From IMG/VR virus record IMGVR_UViG_3300025738_000001: a DNA stretch of 64,000 bases. The stretch is one strand, 5' to 3'. The notes under the pieces are model-generated. The model worked only from the letters and a program-made list of their open reading frames with translations, was not told where the DNA came from and made no database searches. The position numbers and the translations under genes were made by a program. Origin of the DNA: a virus. Position 1 is the stretch's first letter. The number at the start of each line of letters is the position of its first letter. Below are positions 19,801-29,258 of this stretch, in pieces.

Positions 19801-22800
19801 CTAAAGGTATGGATGTTATTGCTAAATACAATGGTACGTTCACTGCAAGTGTTCTTGAGTTGTTCGCTCCTATTACAGGCAAGCGTACTGATAAGAAGAC
19901 AGGCGTTGAGTTCAATAATGTAGACCTGTTCAATGATAGCTTCCAATCACTAGCTGCTGAAGATGGTTCATTTGATGGGAACTTACTATCAACTATGGCT
20001 GTTGTTACTGCTAACTGGTTAACTTCAGAAGCGTACAACAACGTGTATAACTCAGTGCAAGATATCAATAAGATTCTTGGTAAACCAAGTGACACGCCTC
20101 TATTAGATGGTGCTATGGCTACGTTACAGAAAGTAGGCTCAGTACGTAATGTTATTGAAGAGTCCCTAGGTAAAGAGATTCTTGCTGCTACTGGTATCCG
20201 TGCTAACAAGAATGCACCCGGTCAGCTTCAAGGCAACCTGGCTTTATCATTAGGTCAAATGGCTGTAGCTGTTATGTTGGACCAAGGTTTCTTGAAAGAG
20301 CACACTGTTCCTTCTGCTCGTATTGCAGTATTTGCCGGTGACACTAAGCCTGCTACAGATGCCCGCGTGTATACTTCATTCCTTCGTGTAGATACACAGG
20401 TTAATGGCAATGAACGTGAGATTCCTTCTAAACAGATTGACGACCTAGTTAACTCTATTCGTGACTCTGAAAATGTATTGGATACTGCGTTCGGTGTTGC
20501 CTCTAAAGAAACTGGCCCAGTATTCGAAGTACCTACTAGTGTAGTACAGAACATTAAAGGTAACTTCCAGAAGGTTAGTAAATCTGTTCAGAAGATTATC
20601 AAGGCTCACCAAGAACGACCACATGCAATCAAACGTGATGTGAGCAATGTGTTTGGCTTCCTACCAGAAGACATGCAACTTGATATGCTTGGTTATAAAT
20701 CAGACGTTGAGAACACTGTTCACAAATATCACCATGCTGGTACTGTTGGCCTAAACAATGAGATTGTTCGTAGTGTGGAAAACAACACTAACTTCCAGTC
20801 TAAGTTACTGGCTCAAGGTTCATTGGATACCAAGTTCTACATGATGCATGAAGTATGGAAGAACCAACGTCTAGGTATGATTTCTAATACAATCAATCTG
20901 CAGGGTGATAAGTTACATCGTCACCTTTATGGTATGGATGTATGGACTACTACTGTTGACCCAATTGCACAACCTGAGTTATTAATCCAAGCTAAACTAG
21001 CTGTAGCGGAAGGTCTTGGTATCTCTGTTGATAAACTAACTGTTGATGCATCACTTGCTCAGTATGAAGCTTTGATTAAGACTCCTGAGATTAAGTTAGC
21101 CATGAAAGCAATCAAAGCTGTTAATGGTAAACGTGCTGTTAACGAAGATAAGATTGACCAGTACCAAGATGCGATACTAGCCGCTGTTAAAATGGGTGGA
21201 GAGAAAGCGTTCACACTGGATGCATTAGTTAACTTGGTTAAGATTAGTAATACTGAGTCGTTCGACTTCAACCTGTTCCGTGAAGTAGATGGTATCACTA
21301 ATGGTGTTGCTATCGGTACATGGCAGTTAGGCGCTGCAGATGATGTTGCAGATATGAATGTACGTCTTACTCGTACTGGTTTATACAATGAAGAGAATGC
21401 GGCTACTCATGGTGAACGCGCTATGAACCCGAACAACAAAGATAGCTACAATGACTTATCTGCTGAGTGGGAAACACATATGGACCTTGAGAGAGCTGGT
21501 TCAAATAATGCCCAACTTGCTGCATTAGATATTCTTATCTTTGGTGCTGACAAGGCTACTGCGATTACCCGTGCAATGTCTAAGAACCCGTTAATGATTA
21601 CTAACTACGGTGCTGCTATTAAAGGTGTTGTGGATGCGTTTGCTGAAGACATCGTTGGTAACATATACACTAAGTTAGCTTCTGCTGATGCGGTTACTCT
21701 TAAGCAGTTACAGGCCCAAATAGAAACTGTATCTGGTAAGAAGTTTGTGATTAAGCCAGGCGAACAATTGAATACTCTTATGTCGCCTGATGCTGATTTA
21801 GCTATTCGTCAGTACATAGCACAGACCTATGGACAAGCATTAGAGAATGCCCTTGAAGCTAAGTACCATGCATTCAGCACTAACCGTACTTCAGTTAATA
21901 CTGCAATGACTGTTATGTTCGAAGCATTCAACATCCGTTATAAGCGTGAACTTGCTCTTGGTGAATCTAAGTTAGGGCATGCAATGTCTGCTGACTCTAA
22001 AGCTGAGTTAGTACAGACGTTGATGGATTCTGTGCCGGTATTTAATAACTACTTCTCTAAACTGTCGGGTAATGCCAATGAGAAAACGCTAGCCATGAAG
22101 TCTAAGAAAGTACGCCAGTATGAGAATAAAGATTACATCCAAGAACAGCGTTACAGTCGTCCAATTAACGGTACTAGTAATCCTAATAAAAATGGAGCTA
22201 ACACCAAGTCTACTACCGGTTACTCATCTATTGATGAATGGCAGGACGCTGGCGTTGCTCCGATGATTCTTGCGATTCACGGTATTGATGCTGCTACTAT
22301 GGTTCTACAGCTTGAGAATAATTCAGGCCTTAACGTACATGATGCTTATGCCTTCTCTATTGATGAAGCGGTTAGCGGTACACAGAACTTTAATGAAGGC
22401 TTCCATAAAGTAATGAGCGAGCTTACTGTTGCTGAAGAAGTATTGAATGAAGTGACTAAAGCGATACGTATACTAGTAGATGAAGATAAGGCTGATGGGA
22501 CAGATAACATCAAACAGTTGAACCAAATCTTAACTGGTAAAAAGATGGGTACTGTTAGTGAGTACTTAGCTACAGCAACTACCGAGCTAAAAGATATTAT
22601 AGCTACTAAGAATGAGACTACGGATTCAATCAAAGTAGTTAGCCAGTATCACACAGAAGGTGGGGCATTCAATGTACCTACGGAGTCTGCTGAGACTTCT
22701 ATTGACGACGATGTTGCAAATATCTCTGAGGACATACGTGGTTCGTCTTCTCAAGGAGTGGACACTAACAACTTCAATGAGCAGTTTAGCGATGACGTTA

Positions 22801-25800
22801 ACAAGGAGAACAGCGTTCAGGTATTTGATGCAATGGTCAACATGGGGAACATTACAGCCTCTATAGCGCATCAAGGGGCATTAAAAGAGACATTAACTAA
22901 CATGGTTAATAAAGTATTACGTCCTATGTCAGTTAAGTTACGTGATGTTCAACAAGGCGAGACTCGTGGTGTTGTACAAGGCCAGAGCATCTATATTGAG
23001 TCTGCTGTTGGTGGCGTGAATAACCAGGTGCAAATGAGTGTACAGGAAGTATATGTGCATGAGCTAGTGCATAGCGTAACTGCTGCCGGTATTGATGGTA
23101 CTTCATGGGCTGCACGCGAACTAAACAAGTTGTTCTTGAAAGCACGTAAAGAGTTGACGTTCGAAGCGTTCCTTACTCCGGGTGAGACCCGTACTTCTGA
23201 GACAGATGCTGCTGCACAGGCTCGCTATGACCATATCTTCAATAACAAAGATGTTTATGTGACGGGTGGTAAATCAGGCTTAACGGATACTACAGCTAAG
23301 CGTAGCGGTCACTTACATGAGTTCATGGCAATTGGTTTGACTAATGAGAACTTCATGAATGCCTTAGGTAAACTGGAATCAAACAAGCCAGAGCGTTTCA
23401 AGGTTCCTACTACTTGGAAAATGTTAGAAGAGTTGTTCACACGTATACTAGATTTCTTTACTGCGCAGATTACACAGACTGGCCGTATGGCTGCTGACGC
23501 TAAACTACGTGCATTAGGTGAACAACTTGCAGGGATTAACCATCGTAAGCAGTCTGCTATTTACACTATGTATGACAAAGCTGCTGATACTTTGGATGAC
23601 GCTTCTAAGCTATTAGTTAAGAAGGTTATAGCACCACTACAGAAACTAACTACTGCTCCTATTGTTAAGAACTCTAAGAAGAAAGTTGTAGGCCAGTTAG
23701 GTCGTATAGGCAGAGCATCTACTAAGTTCACATTTGAACAATGGCAGAATGCTTTACTACTAGCCCGAGGCAATGCACGTTCAGTACGTGATGGTTTCTT
23801 TGCTCAGCTAATCACTGAAGGTAAAGGCCGTACTGCTTCTAATGGTTACATGCATACACTTGGTCGCCATGCTAATAAAGTGATTGACCAAGCTCGTCGT
23901 GAGACTCAGGTAGCAGTTTCTAAGCACTTGTTATCTACGTTCAAGTCTGAGCTTACTAGTGATGACAAGAATGCAATAACACGCGCTCTACTTAAGACAG
24001 ATATTGTTAGCATTACTGGTGAATACGGCATGGACGAGATTGCTGACTTACTTGTTGATGACGCTAAGTTAACCGCTCAGATTGATATAGTTACTAAAAA
24101 ATTAACCGGAGCCAACAAGCACTTCTATATGAAGCAAGCTCGTAACTTAGGTTTGATTATGGCAACTGGTACAAGCCGTGAGCATCTTACTCTACGTAAC
24201 GCTGGTACTATCGCGTTCTATGATAAAGCTAACCAAGATGCGCAGAATGGTGACAACGTAGATGTTATTGATACATTGGCTACACTTTATGCAATGAGTT
24301 ATACACTTGGTTCTGAGAAAGCATTAGCTTCTGCAGTAATCAAAAATGAGTATGCCGCCGATACTAAAGACAACGGTATCATCTTTACTATGCAAGAGCA
24401 TGCGTTCACTAAAGAAGACGCGGCTAAGAATAACTTTGCTGGAAATGAAGCGTTAATCGTTAAGGGCCATACTAAGGAAATCCTTGACCCTAATGTTACT
24501 CTTCAATCTGTAAACGAAGAGGATGTAGCTGACCTATTGCAGGCTGGTTGGAAAGTAGTTGCTAAGCATAAACTTGACCCTACTCAAGACCGTAACCCGC
24601 AAGTATTGATGGTGAACAAGGATGGTTTGACAGCTCGTTATGATTCAGGTGTTGCGTCGTTAACTAGTCTGTCTGCTCAAGGTACTGACTTGATTGCGCA
24701 GAATGTATCCCGTCTTGGCGAGAACTCTATCACTCAGGCTACTGCTGATGCGCGAGCTGACCATGGTATAATTGAAGCCCGTAAAGGTCGTGTTATTGCA
24801 CAGATGTTTAAGGCCGGTGATACCCGTGTAGATGAAGGTACTAACATGCTAGTAGAGATTCATGATAACCAAGGTAACTTAACTGGTTTCCGCTACATGA
24901 TGAATGAGCAAACTAAGATTAATCTTATGAGTAAAGATGATTCATTCGACCAAGTGTTAGGCCACATGGTTGCAAGTGTACAAGATAAGGTTAAGTCTGC
25001 TGAGCTGAATGCACAGGTAGTTAGTTCTTTACATGAGGACTACTTAGGGAACTTCGCTAAGACTCCTGCTCTGTTTACTAAAGTGGGCCCAACTAGTACT
25101 GATGAGTCGCTTAAGGAAATATACGCGATGATGCCTCATGAGATGCGTGAGAGCATTAAGTCTACTTGGGGTGGTAAAGATATGTATGTTCGTCGTGACA
25201 TGATTACATTGGTTTTCGGTCAACGTAAACTATCTGTGTCGTCACTTAAAAAAGTAGATGTGGAGCAGGAGCAAGGCCTTAAGAAGATTGAAGGTTTGTT
25301 CAATAATGCGTTGGTGGCAATGTTCGCTAACCCTAAAGCTAAGTTCATTGAGGATGTATGGAAAGAAGTAGTGGTAGCGGTTAAGGACGCTATTGTTATT
25401 AAATCTATCGTAGTTACCCAAGGTAACATAGGCTCTAATGTGGTATTGCTTAAGACGTTAGGCGTACCTATGAAGAACATCGTTCGTGACCATGCTATTG
25501 CTATACGCTCAACTAAAGACTTCTTGAAAGATAAGTCTGCGTTGTTCGAAGCTGAACGTGATTTAGAACGCGGTCGTGGCAATAAAAAAGAACTTGAATT
25601 CAAGATTGCTCAATTGAATACGAGTATTGCTAATAACCCTGTTAAGTTCTTAATGGATGAAGGTATATATACTGCCATAGTTGAAGACTTAGGTGACACT
25701 GATAAGCAGTTCACTAAAGCAGGTAAATTGGATAAAGCTATTGCACCGTTGAAGTCGAGTAAGGCTGCTAAACCACTAGTTAAAGCTGCTGAGGTTGTGT

Positions 25801-26234
25801 TACTGACCCATGAAACTAAGGCGTATAAGTTCCTACGTGATGCTGCTCAGTTATCTGACTTCGTGGCTCGCTTTACTTTACACCAGAACAACATAGCTAA
25901 AGGTATGACGCCTAAACAGTCTGTGGATATGATTGTTGATATATTTATTAACTATGACTTACCGACTCATAAGGTTATCCAGTATCTGAATGACATTGGT
26001 TTCGTTATGTTCACTAAGTTCTTTATACGTACACAAAAAGTTATCCTCCACATCATGAAGGAGCATCCTGGCAACACGCTTGCTAATGTGTTACTTCAGG
26101 GCCAATTCGGTGATGTGTCGGATATCATGGATTCAAACCTATTGCAGGCAAATCTATACGGTAAAACTAACTTCAATCTTCCGTCGTTAGTACCGTCAAT
26201 TGTAGACTTACCTACATTGAATCTTGTTCGTTAA
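16839..26234 (+). CDS. Virion-encapsidated RNA polymerase (N4 gp50-like vRNAP), 3131 aa
   Basis: Single-subunit RNAP motifs in the central third: motif A REVDGITNG (Asp ~aa 1484), motif B R-AMS-K-NPLMITN-YG (aa 1578-1591, same R-x3-K-x7-YG spacing as T7 RNAP), motif C NVHDAYAF (Asp ~aa 1835). Giant size; last gene of the structural operon, as I recall for N4. Confidence 0.85.
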   Translation: MPEYTPLDLGTGVTSAKQSKLANTTEVKAEKLAPTMLPSSLAEYAADKPNITLAEIAEYEQGYAVQQAQLQEQEQARIGNFLIEDTNNVMGNLANIGVQAGAGVARVVAQIAASVPEISAIAAQKTISEEERTLYSTAEKKKARLAGDTLTDAERAVYEPQVNTIQTRKQQGTFGDQFITETQESTNTPQSVFSTANPDFDASEPAFVPEQQTTQLATDTSAADKLSAIDDVQKYITDPKEKFVKFIRSHVNTNKEDDLIADLGEDYDKATANFEAGNYADGALDLVAGGVGSILSNPSATVGFLAESLPQMLATTIRTPANIAYAIDTATKGIAKFTEDNGRAPTRNEINQIMAVSASAAAAEQVGAIGALAKAKKVAKVAAPLKAAKNPVVSKSVTAPVKKIATATAGEAATEGFQTAAEQVAGTLDVSKVEGKEVFTSAAIGGGIGKGISTATEVVPAVKTLAQTATTKAAKAYVAGQAKVAKSKEVKAAKSVDDLKTPEAKAEFLLTPDNTPEDVAGRQKQVADIQEQIDAGMEAVSKLTDEKEINAAFDKLDALAEQQEGLANISVETPAQTATVVEAITEATEKTAESDGSVQRIFNSMATSPGRVTPAQALEVANSDVVTPKQKVQLEQYAATEEAKSVLEVDNDILVGGKGFLGIKQYQASINAANTRGDKAAATKAIAGLTKFATGHIAKAAAFTKAYDAVIAGDSAADALVIGVQAEYGIEIHKNSNLAKNPLITNVQNEAAALTAAVTQATGTEFVADTNTITAQSIEAPQSIPQKGKKVSSESTPEVVEDSSVGIARIAQYVDAIEAKGGIELTESFTSKVAKLTSQSAPKNVQFMLNLAQKIADQNAVKVVDRTEVITETEVTEEVVTDLETSQEVITDENIVEQVVNEEGTAEVETSSTVNNELHNNTLRSHKLGLRPKYNTAANVVAKGINGTLAANFTGKVNTANLLHQVENFFTDYANDKRVAGQLTPAQSKGMDVIAKYNGTFTASVLELFAPITGKRTDKKTGVEFNNVDLFNDSFQSLAAEDGSFDGNLLSTMAVVTANWLTSEAYNNVYNSVQDINKILGKPSDTPLLDGAMATLQKVGSVRNVIEESLGKEILAATGIRANKNAPGQLQGNLALSLGQMAVAVMLDQGFLKEHTVPSARIAVFAGDTKPATDARVYTSFLRVDTQVNGNEREIPSKQIDDLVNSIRDSENVLDTAFGVASKETGPVFEVPTSVVQNIKGNFQKVSKSVQKIIKAHQERPHAIKRDVSNVFGFLPEDMQLDMLGYKSDVENTVHKYHHAGTVGLNNEIVRSVENNTNFQSKLLAQGSLDTKFYMMHEVWKNQRLGMISNTINLQGDKLHRHLYGMDVWTTTVDPIAQPELLIQAKLAVAEGLGISVDKLTVDASLAQYEALIKTPEIKLAMKAIKAVNGKRAVNEDKIDQYQDAILAAVKMGGEKAFTLDALVNLVKISNTESFDFNLFREVDGITNGVAIGTWQLGAADDVADMNVRLTRTGLYNEENAATHGERAMNPNNKDSYNDLSAEWETHMDLERAGSNNAQLAALDILIFGADKATAITRAMSKNPLMITNYGAAIKGVVDAFAEDIVGNIYTKLASADAVTLKQLQAQIETVSGKKFVIKPGEQLNTLMSPDADLAIRQYIAQTYGQALENALEAKYHAFSTNRTSVNTAMTVMFEAFNIRYKRELALGESKLGHAMSADSKAELVQTLMDSVPVFNNYFSKLSGNANEKTLAMKSKKVRQYENKDYIQEQRYSRPINGTSNPNKNGANTKSTTGYSSIDEWQDAGVAPMILAIHGIDAATMVLQLENNSGLNVHDAYAFSIDEAVSGTQNFNEGFHKVMSELTVAEEVLNEVTKAIRILVDEDKADGTDNIKQLNQILTGKKMGTVSEYLATATTELKDIIATKNETTDSIKVVSQYHTEGGAFNVPTESAETSIDDDVANISEDIRGSSSQGVDTNNFNEQFSDDVNKENSVQVFDAMVNMGNITASIAHQGALKETLTNMVNKVLRPMSVKLRDVQQGETRGVVQGQSIYIESAVGGVNNQVQMSVQEVYVHELVHSVTAAGIDGTSWAARELNKLFLKARKELTFEAFLTPGETRTSETDAAAQARYDHIFNNKDVYVTGGKSGLTDTTAKRSGHLHEFMAIGLTNENFMNALGKLESNKPERFKVPTTWKMLEELFTRILDFFTAQITQTGRMAADAKLRALGEQLAGINHRKQSAIYTMYDKAADTLDDASKLLVKKVIAPLQKLTTAPIVKNSKKKVVGQLGRIGRASTKFTFEQWQNALLLARGNARSVRDGFFAQLITEGKGRTASNGYMHTLGRHANKVIDQARRETQVAVSKHLLSTFKSELTSDDKNAITRALLKTDIVSITGEYGMDEIADLLVDDAKLTAQIDIVTKKLTGANKHFYMKQARNLGLIMATGTSREHLTLRNAGTIAFYDKANQDAQNGDNVDVIDTLATLYAMSYTLGSEKALASAVIKNEYAADTKDNGIIFTMQEHAFTKEDAAKNNFAGNEALIVKGHTKEILDPNVTLQSVNEEDVADLLQAGWKVVAKHKLDPTQDRNPQVLMVNKDGLTARYDSGVASLTSLSAQGTDLIAQNVSRLGENSITQATADARADHGIIEARKGRVIAQMFKAGDTRVDEGTNMLVEIHDNQGNLTGFRYMMNEQTKINLMSKDDSFDQVLGHMVASVQDKVKSAELNAQVVSSLHEDYLGNFAKTPALFTKVGPTSTDESLKEIYAMMPHEMRESIKSTWGGKDMYVRRDMITLVFGQRKLSVSSLKKVDVEQEQGLKKIEGLFNNALVAMFANPKAKFIEDVWKEVVVAVKDAIVIKSIVVTQGNIGSNVVLLKTLGVPMKNIVRDHAIAIRSTKDFLKDKSALFEAERDLERGRGNKKELEFKIAQLNTSIANNPVKFLMDEGIYTAIVEDLGDTDKQFTKAGKLDKAIAPLKSSKAAKPLVKAAEVVLLTHETKAYKFLRDAAQLSDFVARFTLHQNNIAKGMTPKQSVDMIVDIFINYDLPTHKVIQYLNDIGFVMFTKFFIRTQKVILHIMKEHPGNTLANVLLQGQFGDVSDIMDSNLLQANLYGKTNFNLPSLVPSIVDLPTLNLVR

Positions 26235-26302
26235 TCTTTAGTCAATGGGGTGATACGTACAGACGCACTAAGTACTATCTTGCTCACTGCCCTGGCGATG
26301 TT

Positions 26303-26467
26303 CTACGTGTCAGGGGGTTCGATGGCGTCAACAGTTATTGCCCCATAGGCTAGGACGGATAGGAGTATGAACCCCGCGAATATTGCGATAGGTATAGCGA
26401 ATACGAACATCACTATGCCTATTGCTCCCACTACAAAGGCTAATAGCCAATTAAGGAGCGTTTTCAT
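26303..26467 (-). CDS. Small membrane protein (54 aa, two TM segments), below the ORF-track cutoff
   Basis: Hand translation MKTLLNWLLAFVVGAIGIVMFVFAIPIAIFAGFILLSVLAYGAITVDAIEPPDT. The ATG overlaps the upstream stop (TAATG). Confidence 0.5.
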   Translation of the reverse strand: MKTLLNWLLAFVVGAIGIVMFVFAIPIAIFAGFILLSVLAYGAITVDAIEPPDT

Positions 26468-27084
26468 TAAGCTTTCTTACGTTTAGAGAAGATTGATTTC
26501 TTTTCTTTAGGTACAGAACTAGATAATGAACCTTCTTCTTTTTTAGGTTCAGGGTCAGTTGAACCACCATCCTGAGAATCAATCAAAGCTTGACGGTCTA
26601 ACGCAATTTGCGCTTCCATAACAGCTTCTTCTTCTTCAGTAATGTCATCACCACCATCATCTTCCATGTCAGCAATGTTCACAGCTTTCTGCTTTTCAGT
26701 AACAGTAGATGCACCTGAACCGGCTTGAGCTTCAGCTTTAGCTAATGCTTCTGCCTTTTCTTCAGCTTCTTCTTTCGCAATGCGGTCGATGTTACGTTGA
26801 TTGGCTTCTTGCTGTAAGGTTAACTTTTCAGCGCCTTCACCAGAATCAGTGGGTTCTTCGGCTTTTTCAACTACTTCAGGAGTTTTAGTTCTACGGCGGC
26901 GTTTAACAGGAGCCTTCGTAGGAGCTACACCAGAGGTATCAATGCTTAGATTGAGGTCATCATCAAGGCCGTCAATAATCATCTGTTCAGTGACTCCTGC
27001 GACGATATTATTCTTCTTCAAGAAGTCAGTGACTGCTTCAGCAAAGTCACATGGTTCAAGGGTAATGCTTTGTACTATTTTCAT
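26467..27084 (-). CDS. Hypothetical acidic, E/K/A-rich protein
   Basis: ORF track; start overlaps the upstream stop. Confidence 0.55.
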   Translation of the reverse strand: MKIVQSITLEPCDFAEAVTDFLKKNNIVAGVTEQMIIDGLDDDLNLSIDTSGVAPTKAPVKRRRRTKTPEVVEKAEEPTDSGEGAEKLTLQQEANQRNIDRIAKEEAEEKAEALAKAEAQAGSGASTVTEKQKAVNIADMEDDGGDDITEEEEAVMEAQIALDRQALIDSQDGGSTDPEPKKEEGSLSSSVPKEKKSIFSKRKKA

Positions 27085-27632
27085 TATGTATTACTCAAAT
27101 ATAGGCGAACGAATTCAGACCTTCTCACAGTAGCATTTTGAACGCTGGTGGCACCTTCCATAGTAAGCAAGTCTTTCTGCTCAGCTATTTCAGTTTCCTT
27201 ATCCCAAGCTATCCAAGCTTTCTGTGCTTCGGCTTCCTCGTAGGAATAACCGTATTGGTCTGCGTATGATTTTGTGGCGTGGCACTCTATGCACATCATT
27301 TGGAGAGAGCTGAAATTGACTTGCATCAATCCCATAAGCCAAGTTTGACAATCCTCCCAGTTTTGAAAAGCACCGGCAGGATTAATATGGTCAACTTGTG
27401 TATCGCCCTCACGGTATGTTTCACCGCACTGGACGCACACTTGGCATGCAACTATCTTGGGTAAGCCGGTCTTCTTATCAATCAGTTTGCCCATAGGGGC
27501 TTTGACACGCATCTTGCGCTTAAACTCATTCTTGATAGGATGCCGACTCCAAGCTTTACGCATTTGGCCTCTCAGCCAATTGAAGTACTCTGCCTTGGTT
27601 TTCCACACCTTGGGTAATTGTTCCCAAGGCAT
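27084..27632 (-). CDS. HNH endonuclease-like protein
   Basis: CQVCVQCG...VDHINPAG...N...CIECHATK: Cys pairs plus a DH..N..CH..K HNH pattern. Confidence 0.6.
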   Translation of the reverse strand: MPWEQLPKVWKTKAEYFNWLRGQMRKAWSRHPIKNEFKRKMRVKAPMGKLIDKKTGLPKIVACQVCVQCGETYREGDTQVDHINPAGAFQNWEDCQTWLMGLMQVNFSSLQMMCIECHATKSYADQYGYSYEEAEAQKAWIAWDKETEIAEQKDLLTMEGATSVQNATVRRSEFVRLYLSNT

Positions 27633-27643
27633 AAGAGCACTAG

Positions 27644-28408
27644 TTATTTCTTCTTACCGAAGATGCCACCAGCTTTTTTCTTAGACTCTTTTTTGTCACC
27701 AGAGTCAGCGTCACCAGAAGGTGCACCAGATTTACCGTTTTTAGCAGCGCCTTTAGACTTGTTGAAGACTTTGCCTTTATACGCTTCGTTCCATTCTTCC
27801 ATGAAACCAGCTTCGTCTTCTTCCGCTAACATTTCCATTACCGTGCGGTCATCTTCATCAGAGAACACTACGTTAACTTCATTCTGTTCACGAGTTTCGC
27901 CCGTTGGTACATAAACCTTACCTTCCAGTACTGTCTTATCCACAACTTGCTTGAAGATACCAAGCTTGACACGTTGGCCGTCAAGTTCTTCGATAACGTC
28001 GAACTCTTTTGTAACTTCTTTCTTAGCGTCAAAGTCATATACTTTGATACCACGAGTAACCGTGTCTTCCACTAGGTCACCAAGGTCTTCACCAGCACCT
28101 AATAAACAGATGTGGTCAGCAATTACGAAGCCAGGCAGATACTGTTCATCGCCATTTTTATCGACGTAGAAGTTGTTATTACCTTTAGCGTCACCGCCAG
28201 TTAGCCATAGGCTAGTTTTGAATACGCCACCTGTATCATTTTTCAGGTGTAAGGTCATGCAAGCTGCACCCCCTTTAGATTTAGTTAGGTACGCTACTTC
28301 GATTTCGCCTGCGATTACACCAGAATCTAGTGCGCCATTGCCGCCAGTACGAATTACATCTTTTTGTGATTTAATGTTTTCTTTTTTACCTAAGTTTCCG
28401 AAACCCAT
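27644..28408 (-). CDS. Single-stranded DNA-binding protein candidate (position of N4 gp45)
   Basis: Synteny only: follows the ATPase and primase as I recall for N4. 254 aa with a G/K-rich flexible tail. No diagnostic motif. Confidence 0.4.
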   Translation of the reverse strand: MGFGNLGKKENIKSQKDVIRTGGNGALDSGVIAGEIEVAYLTKSKGGAACMTLHLKNDTGGVFKTSLWLTGGDAKGNNNFYVDKNGDEQYLPGFVIADHICLLGAGEDLGDLVEDTVTRGIKVYDFDAKKEVTKEFDVIEELDGQRVKLGIFKQVVDKTVLEGKVYVPTGETREQNEVNVVFSDEDDRTVMEMLAEEDEAGFMEEWNEAYKGKVFNKSKGAAKNGKSGAPSGDADSGDKKESKKKAGGIFGKKK

Positions 28409-28460
28409 GATAATTACTCTCTTATATTAATGAATTTGATTAGTATTAAATTGGTATTGT

Positions 28461-29204
28461 TTAGTCTTCGTAGTAGTCTGCGAAGCGGTCCAATACATGT
28501 TGGATGTTACTGTCAATGAATGTTTCTTGCTGGTCCCACATCTCAAAGGGAGCACGGATACGTTCTATCATAGTCTCTTTAGTGAGCATGGTTTGATAGA
28601 CGTACTTAAACCCAAGAGCTTCTTCAGCTTCTGAGACATTTAACAAGTCATTCTTGAATTTCTTCAATTGCTTGATTTTAACTTTCTTGGCTGCAACTAC
28701 TGTAGTGAAGTATGACTCAATGCCAATCTTCATAATAGAACCTTTGATTTGAACCATGTGGTCTACTACAACACCTTCATCATTTAATTTATCCGAAGTG
28801 TGCGCTAACATAATTACATTCTTCGTGGAGTTCGCTACATACGTTTGCATGAGTTCACGCCAGAAGTTGGCATATTCGCCCCAAGCCTTCATTGTATTGG
28901 CTGAGTTGATTACGTACTGTGTTTCGTACATATCCATCATGTAGGTTGCAGTATCAATAACAATGGAATGTACATCGTCATCTTCTTCTGCCGCCTCAAA
29001 CATCGAAAAGATGTCCAGTGGGTCGGTAATGGTAATACCGGGTTTTTCATCTTCACCTGCTAAAAACTTAGCACGGAAAGGTAACTTTTTGCCATTCTCA
29101 CAGTTGAGATATGCGACACCTTCCGGCATCTCCATATGCCGCAGTGAGGCTGATTTACCTGTAGCGGATGTACCGCAGATTAGAACTAAATTGTCATTAG
29201 ACAT
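28461..29204 (-). CDS. P-loop ATPase (AAA_24 / Sak4-like; position of N4 gp44)
   Basis: Walker A GTSATGKS and Walker B HSIVIDTAT. RBS aaggaaa. Confidence 0.7.
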   Translation of the reverse strand: MSNDNLVLICGTSATGKSASLRHMEMPEGVAYLNCENGKKLPFRAKFLAGEDEKPGITITDPLDIFSMFEAAEEDDDVHSIVIDTATYMMDMYETQYVINSANTMKAWGEYANFWRELMQTYVANSTKNVIMLAHTSDKLNDEGVVVDHMVQIKGSIMKIGIESYFTTVVAAKKVKIKQLKKFKNDLLNVSEAEEALGFKYVYQTMLTKETMIERIRAPFEMWDQQETFIDSNIQHVLDRFADYYED

Positions 29205-29236
29205 TCAGTGTTTCCTTTTTGAATATGACCATTTGA

Positions 29237-29249
29237 CCAGCGGAGCTGG
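29237..29249 (-). promoter_or_regulatory. N4-type promoter-like hairpin CCAGC-GGA-GCTGG
   Basis: Perfect 5-bp stem and 3-nt purine loop on the + (template) strand, in a 54-nt gap 33 nt right of the ATPase ATG. Confidence 0.45.
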
Positions 29250-29258
29250 CCCCATTTA

